Below, piece after piece: positions 25,443-38,377 of a DNA stretch of 64,000 nt (positions are counted from its first letter, which is position 1; each line of letters opens with the position of its first letter). The position numbers were made by a program, and so were the translations under genes. The notes under the pieces were generated by a model that did not search any database, was not told the origin of the DNA, and was given only the letters and a program-made list of their open reading frames with translations. Source of the DNA: the human T2T-CHM13v2.0 reference genome, Homo sapiens; the NCBI RefSeq assembly GCF_009914755.1, contig NC_060944.1. One strand, 5' to 3'.

Positions 25443-27654
25443 ATGTTCCCTCCTTAATGAGCACGTTGCATGTTTCAGACAAACCTTAGAGGCATCATGG
25501 TCACTTAGCCATGAGCTGTCTTTTGCAACAGCAAAGGAGAGACTGACCCTCTCCCTGAGCCCACCCCTGGAAGCTGCGGTCCCAGCACAGTGGAGATGTG
25601 GTGTGTCCCCAGGACTCAGATGCCCGGTCGGGTTTATGCCTGTACAGGGCGGCTCTCGGGATCCAGTGTCCGTGTTTGGCCAAGACACACCTACGGGTGT
25701 CAAGGAGCACCCCGTTGGTTGGCCGCAGCCAGGTCCAGGAATGGTGGGAGAGTGAGGACGTGCCAGCCTCCGGGCCTGCTTTGAGGAGTGAGGGCTGCAG
25801 GCTCAGGGCCTGGGGTGCTTTCAGCCTTGCTGCTCTGCTCTGAATGAAGCCATAAATTAAGGGCTTGAAGCGGGAGGGCTCTATAAATGGTTCTGGGTCA
25901 GGAAGCCCCAGCTGACGGGGCTCTGCGTCTCTCTTCTTTTTCTATGCTGCCCATACTGTTTTGGGGCTTCACCAGGGCCTTCTCCCTCCCCCAGGGTGCC
26001 CAGGACCGAGCACCGAGGGTCTTGGTGGACACTTTCTGCAGGCTGGAGGGGCCGCTGCAAGGTCTTTGGGGATTTCCAGGTGCGGCGCCCTCCTCCTGAA
26101 GGCTGCCTGGGCATCTGCTTTAGTTCAAAAGGTGATGGGAAGTCAGTATGCCCAGGTCCAGGCAGTGCAGGTAAAGTGACTTTCCTTTTAGTCCTGTCGC
26201 TCTGATAAGGGGCCGGGCCACTTTGCCTGCCAACCTCCGGCTCGTCTGGTTGTTTATGGCTGGCTGGGCAGAGCGCAGGGAGGGCTGGTGGGAAGGAGAG
26301 TGCAGGGCGCCTGGCGGCTATATTAAGGCTCTGGTCCTCATGGCTTCCGCCCTAAGAGGAGAAAGGCTTAAATTTAGCAGCAGTGACCATGCCCAGAGGT
26401 GGAGCTGTCAGCCTCCGTCATCCCGGACACATCCCTAAAAAATGGAATAAAAACAGGGAAAGGGTTGCTTCCCCTTTTCCCATGGGCAAATCCCCCTGTT
26501 CCCTTTGGGGACCTCCCTTCATGGATGGGGTGTGTCCAGGGCCACAGTCGGGTCAGCACTTGGACTCCTTCCACTCTACCTATGGGGACCCTGCCTGTCC
26601 TGCACGACCCCCACAAACACCTCCAGGAAGCCTCTCCAGGTAGGGATTGGTGCCTGGTGCCACCTCCCTATACTGGGGCCTCCTAGGGACCCGCCTTCTA
26701 CACAAGTGCATGGATTACAGATATGGCCACGGATTTGTGGCACCCCCTCCCCAGCAGAGGTGGGGAAACCGAGGCCGGAACGGAAGCAACGTGGCCAGCT
26801 CCATTGCACCCAGCACTGTGGTCTGGGGACGCCGTGCTGTGCCCTCTGACCCTGGCACCTTGAGTCACCTCTCTGAGCCATGGTTTTTCTCATCAGGGAA
26901 GAGGAAAACCAACGCCTGCTTCCTGGGAGCGGGGAGTGCGAGGATGAGGCTGCGCAGTGTCCACCCAGCAGCAGGCATGGGGAGGCGCTGATGTGAAAAC
27001 CACGACGCAGACAGTCACTGGCTGCCTCCTGCTCCAGGTCCTCAGCCCAGGCAGCTCTGCAGCTTCCCGCTTTCTCCCCCAGGCCGTCCTCAGGCCTCCT
27101 TCCTTCTGGGTCTGTGGCCCCCTCACCCCCTCACCCAGGGTCTGGGGTGCTGACAACAGGCTGGGCTGGCCTTACCTTCCATAGAGACGTGGATTCCCAA
27201 GGTCAGCCCTTCAGGTGGTAGAGGCAGCAACCGTCCAACCTGCGGGGGGACAGACTGTCCTTCCCCAGCTGTGGCCTGGCCTGGAGAGGCCTGGGAGGTC
27301 ACTGCCACTGGTGAGGCCTGGGAGGTCACTGTCACCCATTTTCCCATTCAGGGACCCAACGCCCAGCATGAGCCCTGAAGCAGATGTGCAGGAGCTGGGT
27401 TGAGGGGGCGACCCTCAGTCCCTTGTGCCTCAGTATCCTCATTGTGCACGGGCACCCGGGAAGGCAGCCTGAGGCTTCTGGGTTTGGAAACAGGACAGTA
27501 GCAAGTGATCCCCAATGGTGCCCGGATGCCACATGTGACCCTTATGGGGATACAGGTGCCACCTTGCCCCAGCCCATTTCCCCGTCCCCCATCCCCAGGC
27601 CAGATGAGCAGGGCAGGGCAGGAACTTGAACTGGATTCGGACCCTGAAGCCATC

Positions 27655-27775
27655 ATAGTGCAGGGTTTCTCAAAGTGTGGGCCCCCAGGCACCCAGCAGG
27701 TTTGAGGGGTTCATGTTTAAAATGCTGACTCCCGTGCCCACCTCAGATCCCACGGAGCTGAAAATCTCCCAGCAT
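27655..27775. mobile_element. MER5A-like hAT-Charlie fragment
   Basis: GTTTCTCAAAGTGTGG...TTTAAAATGCTGACTCCCGTGCCCACCTCAGA. Confidence 0.5.
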
Positions 27776-28268
27776 GGCTCCCACTGCATGGGCTAGAATG
27801 AGGGGCCTTGCCTGAGTTCTCTCTTGAGACAGGTCCAGTGGGGGGCAGGTGGCTGAGGAAGTTACTAGAGCTGCTCACAGCCCCCACCCCAGTGCCTAAT
27901 AGGATGCAGGAGGTTGGGAGCAGACAGGGAAGGCTTCCAGGAGGAGGTGGGCTTGGCTAGGAGGAGGTTCTGAGCAGGGACCCAGCCTGTGGGAATGGAG
28001 GCGTTCACCAGCCCAGCCCCTCTGCTGCGCCTCTGGGCCAGGCCCCAGGCCTGTTGAGTGCCACTGCCGAGCCTCACACCTGCCCTGCCTGGCACCCCTC
28101 TCCCAGCCGCTGGGGACCTGGGGGATGCTGGTGGTCCTGAGCACCATCAGGGCCTGGAGATGTCCTTGAGGGCACCTGGGGGGACGCAGGGGACCGGGGA
28201 TGTTTCAGAATGCAGAGGATAGCCGGAAATCGCTAGGAGGGTGGTGACCAGCAGGCAGGGCAGGACTT

Positions 28269-28432
28269 GGAGACCCCACGGGTGATGGGCAGGGGGAGAT
28301 GGGAGACCCCACGGGTGATGGGCGGGGGGAGATGGGAGCACCCCTGGGTGATGGGTAGGGGGAGATGGGAGACCCCCCCGGGTGATGGGCAGGGGGAGAT
28401 GGGAGACCCCATGGGTGATGGGCGGGGGAAGG
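28269..28432. repeat. 33-bp minisatellite x5 (GGAGACCCCACGGGTGATGGGCAGGGGGAGATG)
   Basis: Directly visible; lies just downstream of the GATA5 poly(A) signal. Confidence 0.9.
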
Positions 28433-28454
28433 GAGAGTGAGTGAGGTTCAAGGC

Positions 28455-28460
28455 TTTATT
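28455..28460 (-). terminator. GATA5: Polyadenylation signal AATAAA for GATA5
   Basis: TTTATT on + strand, ~1.35 kb after the stop codon. Confidence 0.75.
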
Positions 28461-28762
28461 TCACTTTCCCTGTGGCTTCATTTGTCTCTTTTAGAAAAGA
28501 TGACATCGCATAGAAGTGGGGCTGGAAGAACCTCTGGAGGGACAGTTTCAGAATGACCGGACCCGCTCCTGAAGCTGATGCCAGACAACTGTTTTTCAAT
28601 ATGGGGTGGTGCACTGGGGGTCTAGCTGGCTCACAATGTTAAAAATATTTTTGAATCAAATTGGAAGACTTAAAATCCAGGTTTCTGGCATTGCTGGAAA
28701 AATCAGGGCTTGTTGTTGAAGGGCAGCAGCCGGACGGAGGCGAGGATGTGCTCCCCGCAGGG

Positions 28763-28831
28763 CCCTGTGGCTGCCTGCCCCGCTCCTCCGCTCCCTGTGG
28801 CTGCCTGCCCCGCTCCTCCGCTCCCTGTGGC
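28763..28831. repeat. 30-bp tandem duplication in GATA5 3' UTR
   Basis: CCCTGTGGCTGCCTGCCCCGCTCCTCCGCT x2.3. Confidence 0.85.
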
Positions 28832-29810
28832 CTCCTGACATACATCACCGGCCATTCACAGCTGCGTCGGGTAGGGTGCCTCTCGCCAGCGTCACTCATT
28901 AAGGTATCATCCAACCCAGTGTGGAGGGGGCTTGCAAGAGAAAGAGGGGTCACTAACAATTCTCCTGGGACAAGAGACTAAACTGCGTGGCCCCAGATAT
29001 GCCAGGACATGTGACCACGTCACCACCAGCCCCAACAGCGCTTGGATGGGTCAGGACAGGGCTACCAGACAATTCATTCTGCCTGTCAGAAATGGTCATG
29101 ATACACAGATTCAGCTAGAACAAGGCCCTTTCCCATCCCCTCTGGAAAAACTGTCCAAACAAGTGCGTAAGTCTGTGATGACTGCAATGTGAGCGGCTTC
29201 CCCTCGGCGGAATCCTGGCACCGTGCGCGGCCCGCACTCCGATCCCTGGCAGTCCTGCACCTGTTGCGGGAAAAGTTCTCTGCACCACAGCTCCGTCTAT
29301 CCATGTGGGCAATGAAGGACAGCCCCGAGGCCTCAGGAGGCCCATGTCCAGCTGCTCCCCTCATTCCTCTCCCCTGCTTGGCCTCAGGTGCTTCACTGGG
29401 AATCTTGGTTTTACACTGGGAGGTTGACTGTTTTCCCCCAACTGCTACAACTTGTAAACATATTGACGGTGAGCATTGATGACGGAATTCAAGTTGGTGG
29501 TGGTGGTGCCCTGCGTTGGCCTCCGCCGCAGGGGGCCAGTGTGGTCCGGAGCCTTGGGCCGCACCTGGGGAGTCCCTTGCTGTACGTGGGGTGGGAAGCT
29601 GAGCCCTTCCCTCACCAGCCTTCTTGCTCTGGGGCCCGACTGCCGTCTGTCCAGAAGGCCTCCCCACCACTGTGTGGAGACTCCAGCAGACCCAGTCTCT
29701 GGGTTGGGGGGCCTGCTGGTCTCTGCTGTGCTGGAGCAAAGCAGGCACGGAGGTGACTCAGTGGGTGGTCTGTTCCAGGCTGTTCCCCTGACATGGGCTG
29801 GCCTGGGGAC

Positions 29811-29966
29811 CTAGGCCAAGGCCAGCGCACACCAGGCCTCTTGGCGCAGAGCCCCCCTGAGGCCAGCCTGGGGGCTTGGGGCCGTGGAGGGGAAGGCAAA
29901 GTCCTCAGGCTCGAACTTGAACTCCAAGTGGCCGGGGGCAAGAGAGTCATCCTCCTGGCCAGAGGC
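29811..29966 (-). CDS. GATA5: GATA5 exon 7 coding part
   Basis: [23 protein letters not shown]...EAWCALALA*, matching the GATA4/5/6 C-terminal motif W..LALA; TAG at 29813-29811. Confidence 0.96.
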   Translation of the reverse strand, partial: ASGQEDDSLAPGHLEFKFEPEDFAFPSTAPSPQAGLRGALRQEAWCALALA

Positions 29967-30314
29967 CTGCAGGGACAGGAGAGCGTGAGAATGTGGGGTG
30001 GGGCGTGGGGCGTGGGGGGCTGGGGGAAGCTGCAGCCTCTTAGGTCAGGAGCTCCCATGACCGGTATTTGCCCTTAGGGACCCCCTGATGCCCTGGAATG
30101 GCATGGGGGACCCCACGTGAGGCACTGGGGTTTCTCCCACATCTGGCACAGAGCCAGCTCTAGGGGAAGGGCCACCATACTGATGGCCGAAGGCAGCCGG
30201 TGTGTCCAGCCCACCTGCTGGAAGAGGCTCCGAGGGGCTCTGATGGGATCTGACTTGGCGGAGGAAGCACAGGGGCCCCAGCTCTGGGCACCCCACCCCA
30301 GCCCACCCCCTTAC

Positions 30315-30439
30315 CTGGGGGGCCATGCTGGGCCCAGGGCACACTGGGGACGCCAGGCTGGGCTTGGCTTTCGAAGTGGCTGCTGAGCTGTCAGTGCTGG
30401 CGACAGCAGATGGGGAGGCCGAGGCATTCCTTGTGGATC
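30315..30439 (-). CDS. GATA5: GATA5 exon 6
   Basis: GSTRNASASPSAVASTDSS...SMAPQ; acceptor TTCCAG|, donor CAG|GTAAGG; phase consistent. Confidence 0.94.
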
Positions 30440-30808
30440 CTGGAAGCGAAGAGGGGGTGTTTACAGAGGGGTCAGGTGTGGCCTCACTTCCCCTTCCTGC
30501 CATGTAGCGGGTCTCCTCTGGCCCCGGCCCAGAGAGGTTTGGAGACTCCTCACGGTCACACCGCAGGCGTGGGTGGTGTGGCCGGGCGTGGCTTCTTTGG
30601 CCCCACCTCTGCCCCTGCTGCCCACATGCTGTCACCACCCTGGCACCCCACACCCCCCCCAGCAAGGTCACCACAGGGCAGAGCTGGGGGCATTTGGACT
30701 TCCAGAGGACTGTGCTTGAACCAAACACACAGGTCTCTCATGACGGAACTGGAGGCACCGAAGGCCACTCCGCAGGAGCGGGGCTGACTGCAGGGCCTGG
30801 CCACGCAC

Positions 30809-30896
30809 CTGAGGAGCCCCTGGCCTTGGCGATGGTCTTTGGCTTCCGCTTCCGTGTCTGGATGCTTTCCTTCTTCATAGCCAGAGGCCGCGGCAC
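30809..30896 (-). CDS. GATA5: GATA5 exon 5, basic tail/NLS
   Basis: [20 protein letters not shown], the conserved GATA basic region; acceptor CCAG|, donor CAG|GTGCGT. Confidence 0.97.
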
Positions 30897-31400
30897 CTGG
30901 CAGGGGTGGCGAGGGTGGAGGCTGGTCCCATCCCTGCTCACCCCGGGCCCCTTGCACAGCACCCCCTCATTCCAGCCCCCCAGAGCCGGTCACTCCTGGA
31001 GCTGGCTGTGTCCTCACAGCCCTGGTGGGTCAGCTGCCAGCTGGGCTGGGTGAGGGGGAGCCCGTGGAGCTGGATTCCCATTCCCCCGTCCGACAGAGCT
31101 GCCAGGGGCCAGAAGGCACCAGGGGTGCCCAGAGGGCAGGAGCAGTGTCCTTGTCTGGCCCAGGCCGAATGGCTGTGGTGAGCCTCAGTCAGCGCGTCTG
31201 TGCCGTGAGTGTAACAGGAATAGCCCGGGCCCCCGGGGGTGGTGCCGCAGTCGGCCGGCCGGGACATGTGTGTACAACAGCCCAGGGGACAATAGCCATC
31301 CTGCCCGCTCCTCCCCAGCCTCTTGGTCTGAGAGTGCGGACGGCGCTCGCTAGGAGGCTGGACAGAGGCCTCCCCGCCCTGCCCCGGGGACCACACTCAC

Positions 31401-31526
31401 CCCGTGCAGCTTCATGTAGAGGCCGCAGGCATTGCACACGGGCTCCCCCTCCGAGTTCCGCCGCCACAGCGTGGTGTTGGTCGTGTGGCAGTTGGTGCAG
31501 CAGAGGCCGGCGCGGCGGGACGAGGA
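31401..31526 (-). CDS. GATA5: GATA5 exon 4, C-terminal zinc finger
   Basis: [42 protein letters not shown]; acceptor CCCCCACAG|, donor GGG|GTGAGT. Confidence 0.98.
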
Positions 31527-32818
31527 CTGTGGGGGCGAGGGAGACTGGAGTGAGCCCCGGGCCGGGTGCGCGGCTGGAGCAGGGGGACGGAAGCGAGACT
31601 CAGGTCGGCCTTGCGGCCACGCAGGACCCGGTGAGAAGGTCGTGAGCTCTGCAATGGCCTCGCCTGGCAGCTCTGCCTGGACACGCTCTCGAGCCCTGGG
31701 AAAGGTAACTTTACCTTCCTGGGCCTCAGTTTCCCCCCAAGTAAAAAGGGGGTGATAACAGACCCACCACAGGCCAGTTGTGGGGTTCAGAGCCCGTGGG
31801 GGCCAGGCACCTAGACACGGCAACGGTTTCCCTATTGTCTCTTTATCACCAACCCTGCGCCTGGACCCCGCGGTTCTGCAGTGCAGCAGCACTCCAAGGC
31901 CACAGGGTCCCCCGGAGGCCAAGACACAACAAGCGTCAGGGCCTGTGGTCCCCCTGGACACCCGCCTCCCAGGCCGGGGGGCCCCACCGGACAGAGGCTG
32001 AGGGCTCCGGGTCCCACCTGCCTATGTCTCCCCATTGCTGTGCACTGCGCCTGGTGGTGGAGCAAGACTAGACCCATCTGGAACCTTCCAGAGGCTCCAA
32101 CATTGCCTCCCTCCTTCCCGTGGCTCTCAGTAGAGACTGACCCCAATCTGGCAGGCCCGGGTCCAATCAGAGGTCCCAAACCTCCAGGGCCCCAGTCCGT
32201 GAGCTCAGCTGGGGCTCAGGAATCTGAACTGAGGGAGGCCTGGGAGGCTCTGAGCTGGCTGCCTGGGGAGTCCCTGTTGAAGGTGGACCAGGGGCCTCCC
32301 ACCAGCTCAAGCCAGCCTTTCTCCCACTGGCCGCACAAGTTGGTGCTTGGAGGGAGGTGGTGTTTGGGAGCTCGGGAGCTCCAGCCCAGGGCCCCAGAGG
32401 CACCTCAGACTTGAAGCCCTTTCCCGAATCTCAGAGCACAGCTCTGCTGGTGGCACCACCCTTCCCAGCCACTTGTCCCCAGACCTGGTTCTCCTGGGGG
32501 GCTGCTGTTTCTACCCCCAGCCCCTACCCTGACCCCATCGGTCCCCTTCCCTCAGGTTGCACAGCCCCTGCCTGGTCCAGGTCCCCGGCCTCTCTTGCCA
32601 GGATCACAGTGGTGGCTCTGCAGGAGCTCTCTCCTGCCCTCCCGGCGGCAGCCAGGGCCAGACCATCAGTGTGCCTCAGGCACAGGACGCAGCCCATGAG
32701 AATGGGCCCCCCACACTCAAAGCCATGCCCCCAGATTCTCTAGCCAGGACAGAGCCAGACAGCAGGCACAAGTGAGCCAGCCACACTAGGGGAAAAGAAT
32801 CCATCCTGGACGAGGGCT

Positions 32819-33320
32819 GAGCAGACACAGCCAGCCTCGGCTTCCCCGTCTGTGTCTGTTACTTACGTGAGCAGACACAGCCAGCCTCAGTTTTCCTGTC
32901 TGTTACAGCCCACCTCGGTTTCCCCATCTGTTACAGCCCTCTATGAACAGACACAGCCAGCCTCGGCTTCCCCGTCTGTTACAGCCTGCCTCGGTTTCCC
33001 CATCTGTTACAGCCCTCTATGAGCAGACACAGCCAGCCTCGGCTTCCCCGTCTGTTACAGCCCGCCTCGGTTTCCCCATCTGTTACTGCCATGAGCAGAC
33101 ACAGCCAGCCTCGGCTTCCCCGTCTGTTACAGCCTGCCTCGGTTTCCCCATCTGTTACAGCCCTCTATGAGCAGACACAGCCAGCCTCGGCTTCCCCGTC
33201 TGTTACAGCCTGCCTCGGTTTCCCCGTCTGTTACTGCCATGGGCAGAAACAGCCAGCCTCGGTTTCCCCATCTGTTATAGCCTGCCTCGGTTTCCCCATC
33301 TGTTACTGCCCTCTATGATC
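32819..33320. repeat. 72/76-bp minisatellite x~7 in GATA5 intron 3
   Basis: Unit starts (GAGCAGACACAGCCAGCCTC) at 32819, 32869, 32945, 33021, 33093, 33169 and 33241. Confidence 0.92.
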
Positions 33321-34129
33321 AGATGAGGGCCGGCCTTGCTGACCATCTCCTGCCTACCCTTCCCCCAGGCTGCTGCCAAGGGCACAGGCCGTCCTGTCGA
33401 AGGCCTGAGTGGGAGAGTGGGGGCCTCCCTGCAGCCCTGAGTACCAGCCAGCCCCCAAACTCAAGGCCCCCTCAACCCCCAGCCACAGCTGCAGGCAGTT
33501 GCCAAAGGCTCTGGGAACGCTGCCCCTGCTTCATCTGGGGCCAGGCCTCCTGTCTCCAGGCAGGACCCTGCCCTGAGCTCCATGACAAAGGGGCAGAAAG
33601 GAAAGGAGGGGGCCAGGCCAATGAGGCCGGGGAGGCTTGAGAGGTGCCTCAGCTTGCAGCTCCTGGCCTGACTGCGGAGGACAATGTCTCCCACCCTGGG
33701 CCAACAGCATCCAGCCACTCAGGGTCTCCAGTGGTCTCTCTAGGGGGATGCTGGGGGTGAGACTTCTGCTCACGCTGGAGGGCCCAGCCCAGGCCCCAGC
33801 AGAGCTGGGAGGGAGATGGTGCCTGGCCCCGGCTGGATGGTGGGCACCCTTCGTGCAGGAGCAATTGGGGTCACCCAGGGCCCCCAGATGGTGTCTCTCC
33901 CTGGGATGCCCCCTGCCACACCCTGATGGGTCTAGAAGCAGCTACTGTTACTGGACAGGATTTGAGTTTGGTCCAGCCTCCCTCTCTTCTATCCTCGTCA
34001 GGTGCCAGGTGCTGTGGCTGCTTTCTTGGTGGCCTCAGGCCACTGTCCAGCATGAGGCATGGTCTCCTTCCCACCTCTCGGACACCCACCCATCCGTCTG
34101 TCTTCCTGAAGTGGAAAGAAATCTCCCCC

Positions 34130-34318
34130 AGGGCTGCCAGACGGATTGACCCAGGATGCCTAGGTAAATGTGAATTTCTGCCTAGGTAAATGTGAATTTC
34201 TGATACATGATGAATCCTTTGTCTCCTGCAGTATTTGGGACATGAATGCTAAAATATTTGTGTTTATCTGAAATCACATGGAACCGTGTGTGGCCTGGAG
34301 TTTATTTGCTGACTCCCT
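34130..34318. mobile_element. MER53-like palindromic hAT MITE with an internal 22-bp duplication
   Basis: GGGCTGCCAGA...TAAATGTGAATTTCTGATA...GGGACAT...TGTTTATCTGAAAT...TTTATTTGCT follows MER53 consensus. Duplication at 34157-34200. Confidence 0.65.
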
Positions 34319-36379
34319 CCTTGTGCCCCAGCAGTCCCCGCCTTCAGACTGAGGGGCATCCATGGCCCAAGGCCCATCCTCTTCCCTGAACCAGAGGGAC
34401 CCTCGGGTCTGGGACCGGCCATCACCCCTTAGCACACACAGATAGGGGTGCACACACATGAGCACACTCCACACGTCCCCGCACAGCTGCCAGCACGCCC
34501 CGACGGAGCCACGTCTGAGACACGGGTTGTGGAAAGAAACAAGGTGGGGCGCGCAGGACGTGCGTGGGTTGGGACAGCCCCCAGCAGCGGGCACACCCCT
34601 CACCCCGCACCCCTGCGAGTGCCAGGGAAACACCTGGAACCCACCTTGAATGTTTTCACAGTGAGCATGTTTCATGTCTATCAAATTAAGACAATGGGAA
34701 AAACATGGACCTCACAACACTTTTCAAAGTGCGTCTTCACCTACCCTTTCCTAAATCTTCACCAGATCGCTATTGTACGAGTGGGAGGCTGAGGCTCAGA
34801 GGAGCTGCGGGACCAGAGGAAACTGGGGAGGCCCGGGGTGGACAGAACCGCCCCCCTCGGCCAGGTACTTAGGGGACACGCTCCCAGCAGCTTGCCCGCG
34901 CTGGGGCTCCCTGTGCCACCATACCGCGACGATGCCTTCATTTGTCCCCTCCTCACTGCCCAACAAGCAGCCCAGCCTGGCCACACTCAGCACCCTGCCC
35001 CCCAGGCCTCTCTCCCGGCTGCATTTCGTTTTTCTTTTTTGTCGGTTCTTTTCAAAAGAAGTCAAACTTCAAAGCCTCCTTGCGCGCAGCAGAGCCGCTC
35101 TAAGCACCAGGCTCTGTGTGCATCTGAGACATCCAAATAAATCAGGCTCTGGGCAGGGCAGGGCCCGGGCCGGTGCTGGCGGAAATTCAAGGAAGGCGGG
35201 AGAGGGAAGGAGGTTCGAGCCTGGCTTGGAGGGATGAAGCGCACACGCCGGGAAACACTTTGGAGTAAAGGTGCAGGTCACAGTGACCCGCAGTGCAGCA
35301 GCCTCCTCTGAGATGGAAGACTGGGCCGTGGACAACCAGAGGCTGCTGTGCCGCAGAGTCTGAGCCTTGGGGACGGGTGAGTGGCTGGAATGTCTCCAAA
35401 TTCAAACAGGTCCCCTCCTGGAGGGGGGATGTAGTAAGCACTTGATACAGTGCCCATGCCCCTTGCTGGCCGAGGACAAACTGACTTGGGGACGTGGGTC
35501 TGTGAAGGGCTCGAAGGAAGGAAACCCTGGGGTTGGGTGGGTGTTAGGTGCCTGACTCCAGGTAAGGACCAGTCTTGCTCAGCGGGAAGGGACGCTTGGC
35601 TCCATGCAACACTGGGCTACTTCCTGGAGCTGGTGCCAGAGGTGGCTCAGGGCTAGGAGGTCTGCTGTCCGCACTGCCCTTGGCTGCCGGGCCCCAGGCT
35701 TCAGCCGAGGCTTCAGTGTTCTTGGGGGTGGGCTGCTTGGGGCCCAAGAGCTCCCAACCGTGTCCGAGCACAGAGCCAGACCATGGGGAGAGGGCACGGT
35801 GGTCCCTACCCTCCGAGGCCTCTGGTCTTGGCAAGATGGACAGTAAACAGGGTCCTCCCCCAGGAGGCACCCCAAAGCCCACCCTGTCTACCCCAGACCA
35901 GGGAATGGAGGCCTCATCACGCCAAGGGCCCCCATTAGCCCGTCCTCAGAGCCAAGGCCCAAGCACACAACACCAGCTAATTTAACTTTTACAGCAAGGT
36001 GTGGACGGTTCCAAGTTCCTCTCCCCACTTCTCAGATGAGGAGACAAAGGCTCAAAGAGCTGGGGAACTGTCTACGAGATGCCCCAGCCCAGGAGTCTGG
36101 GATCCAACTGGACACAGGTATTGCCCGGCTGGAAGACCCAGGGCAGGGCAGGGCAGCAGGAGGGGCTCCCTCCTAGCAGCTCCTCCTGACACCAGAGTGT
36201 CCCGGTGCTCAGTTCAAGGCCTGGCAGTGGGGAGAGTGGATACAGCCAGAGGAGGGGCAGCCCTTTGCATGGGTGAGGGTGAAGGGAGGTCTGGGCTGCA
36301 GTCTCACGGGAGCTGGGCTGAGCTCCCTACCACTTCTCTTTTTTAAAAAAAAATTTAATTTAACTTAAAATGTAATTAA

Positions 36380-37021
<642 letters not shown>

Positions 37022-38377
37022 CTAACCCCTTCTTAACCTCAGTGGTTAACCCCTCAGTGAGGGCCACGTGGACGCCAGGCTGGAACAGCACACCTGGGAG
37101 CACAGGCAGAGTCACAGCGGCACACAAGCCAAGAGGGGGATGGACTCCTAGGAGCCTTCCCTCCGAGAGGCAGGCATGGGAGGAGGCTGGGCCTGCAGAG
37201 CCCCAGGCCCTAGGCCAGCTCCAAGGAAGAGAAGTGACGGCCGCCCCCGGCCTGTGGTCCTGCTTCCCACCACCTGCTCCACTGGGACCTCCCACGCTCA
37301 GGTCCTGGTCCCCCACAGCCCAGGGCCCCAGGATTTCCCCTCAGCCTGTAACTGAGGGATGTTCAGAGCTGCACCGGCATAGCACGCGAATCCAGGCATC
37401 TAGAACAGCCACCCGGCAAGGACAGCGGCAGGAGGGCTGGCCTCCACCCAGGGTGACGGCGGGAGCTGGCTGATCGACCCCGCACGGAGTCCACACCACC
37501 AGCGGAGGAGGACTTGGTGCCCAGGAACATACCCTTGCTCAGCCTTCTGACCCAGGTGCCACTGTGGCCTCCCCAATTTTAGATAACTTGCAAACGACAT
37601 CAACACCCCAAATCCTTATTTGTACAATTACTCGAAAGTAAAGGTTTGCCTGGGGAAACGTATAGAACAAAGCAACTTTCAGCCTCTTCCAGCCTCTGGG
37701 GACTGTGCCCTGCCTGGGGCAAAAGTCCAGGCTCCGGAGTCCCCCACTCCCTGCTCAGCCACAAGCCAGGAAGAACCAAAAGTGAAAACAAGTTTAGCCC
37801 ATGAGGCAGAGGACAGGCATAAACCTGGTGTCCCTGCGGTCCCTGAAATATGGGTAGAAAGTGCTCCCCGAGGGGACTACAGACCCAAAGACTCTCCAGT
37901 TTCAGATTTCAAGGCCCTTCAATCAAGTATCCAGCAGCCACCTTCCCTCAAGCCTCATCCCAGGTAGGGTCACCTTGAGGCCTCCGAGACAGGGCCAGGC
38001 CACAGCCAGCCACCACCGACTCGTAGGGCTGAGCTCCTGGCTCCTGGCAGCAGGCCTTCTTGGACCCAGCACTCAGCTGAGCCTGGCTGACACCGTTGCT
38101 CCAGAGCCTGGGCTCCTGGCCCCCAGAGCGCTCCAGGGCTGGGCGCTATGAGCTGGTGGCCCCTGGCATCCCCACTGGGATCCCCTGCCCTGCCCTGAGC
38201 GCTCTCAAAGAAGACCTGAGCCGGCCTGACCTGACCCACCGGGGCGGGCACCCAGGCTGTTTTTGGGACACTCCCTACCCCCTACCCCAGGGGCTCTGGT
38301 GTCACCTGGGTGGATTGCAAGAGGTCCCCTCGGGGGAGCACTGCGCCCAGGCGCCCCTCTGCCCAGCCCGAACTCAC

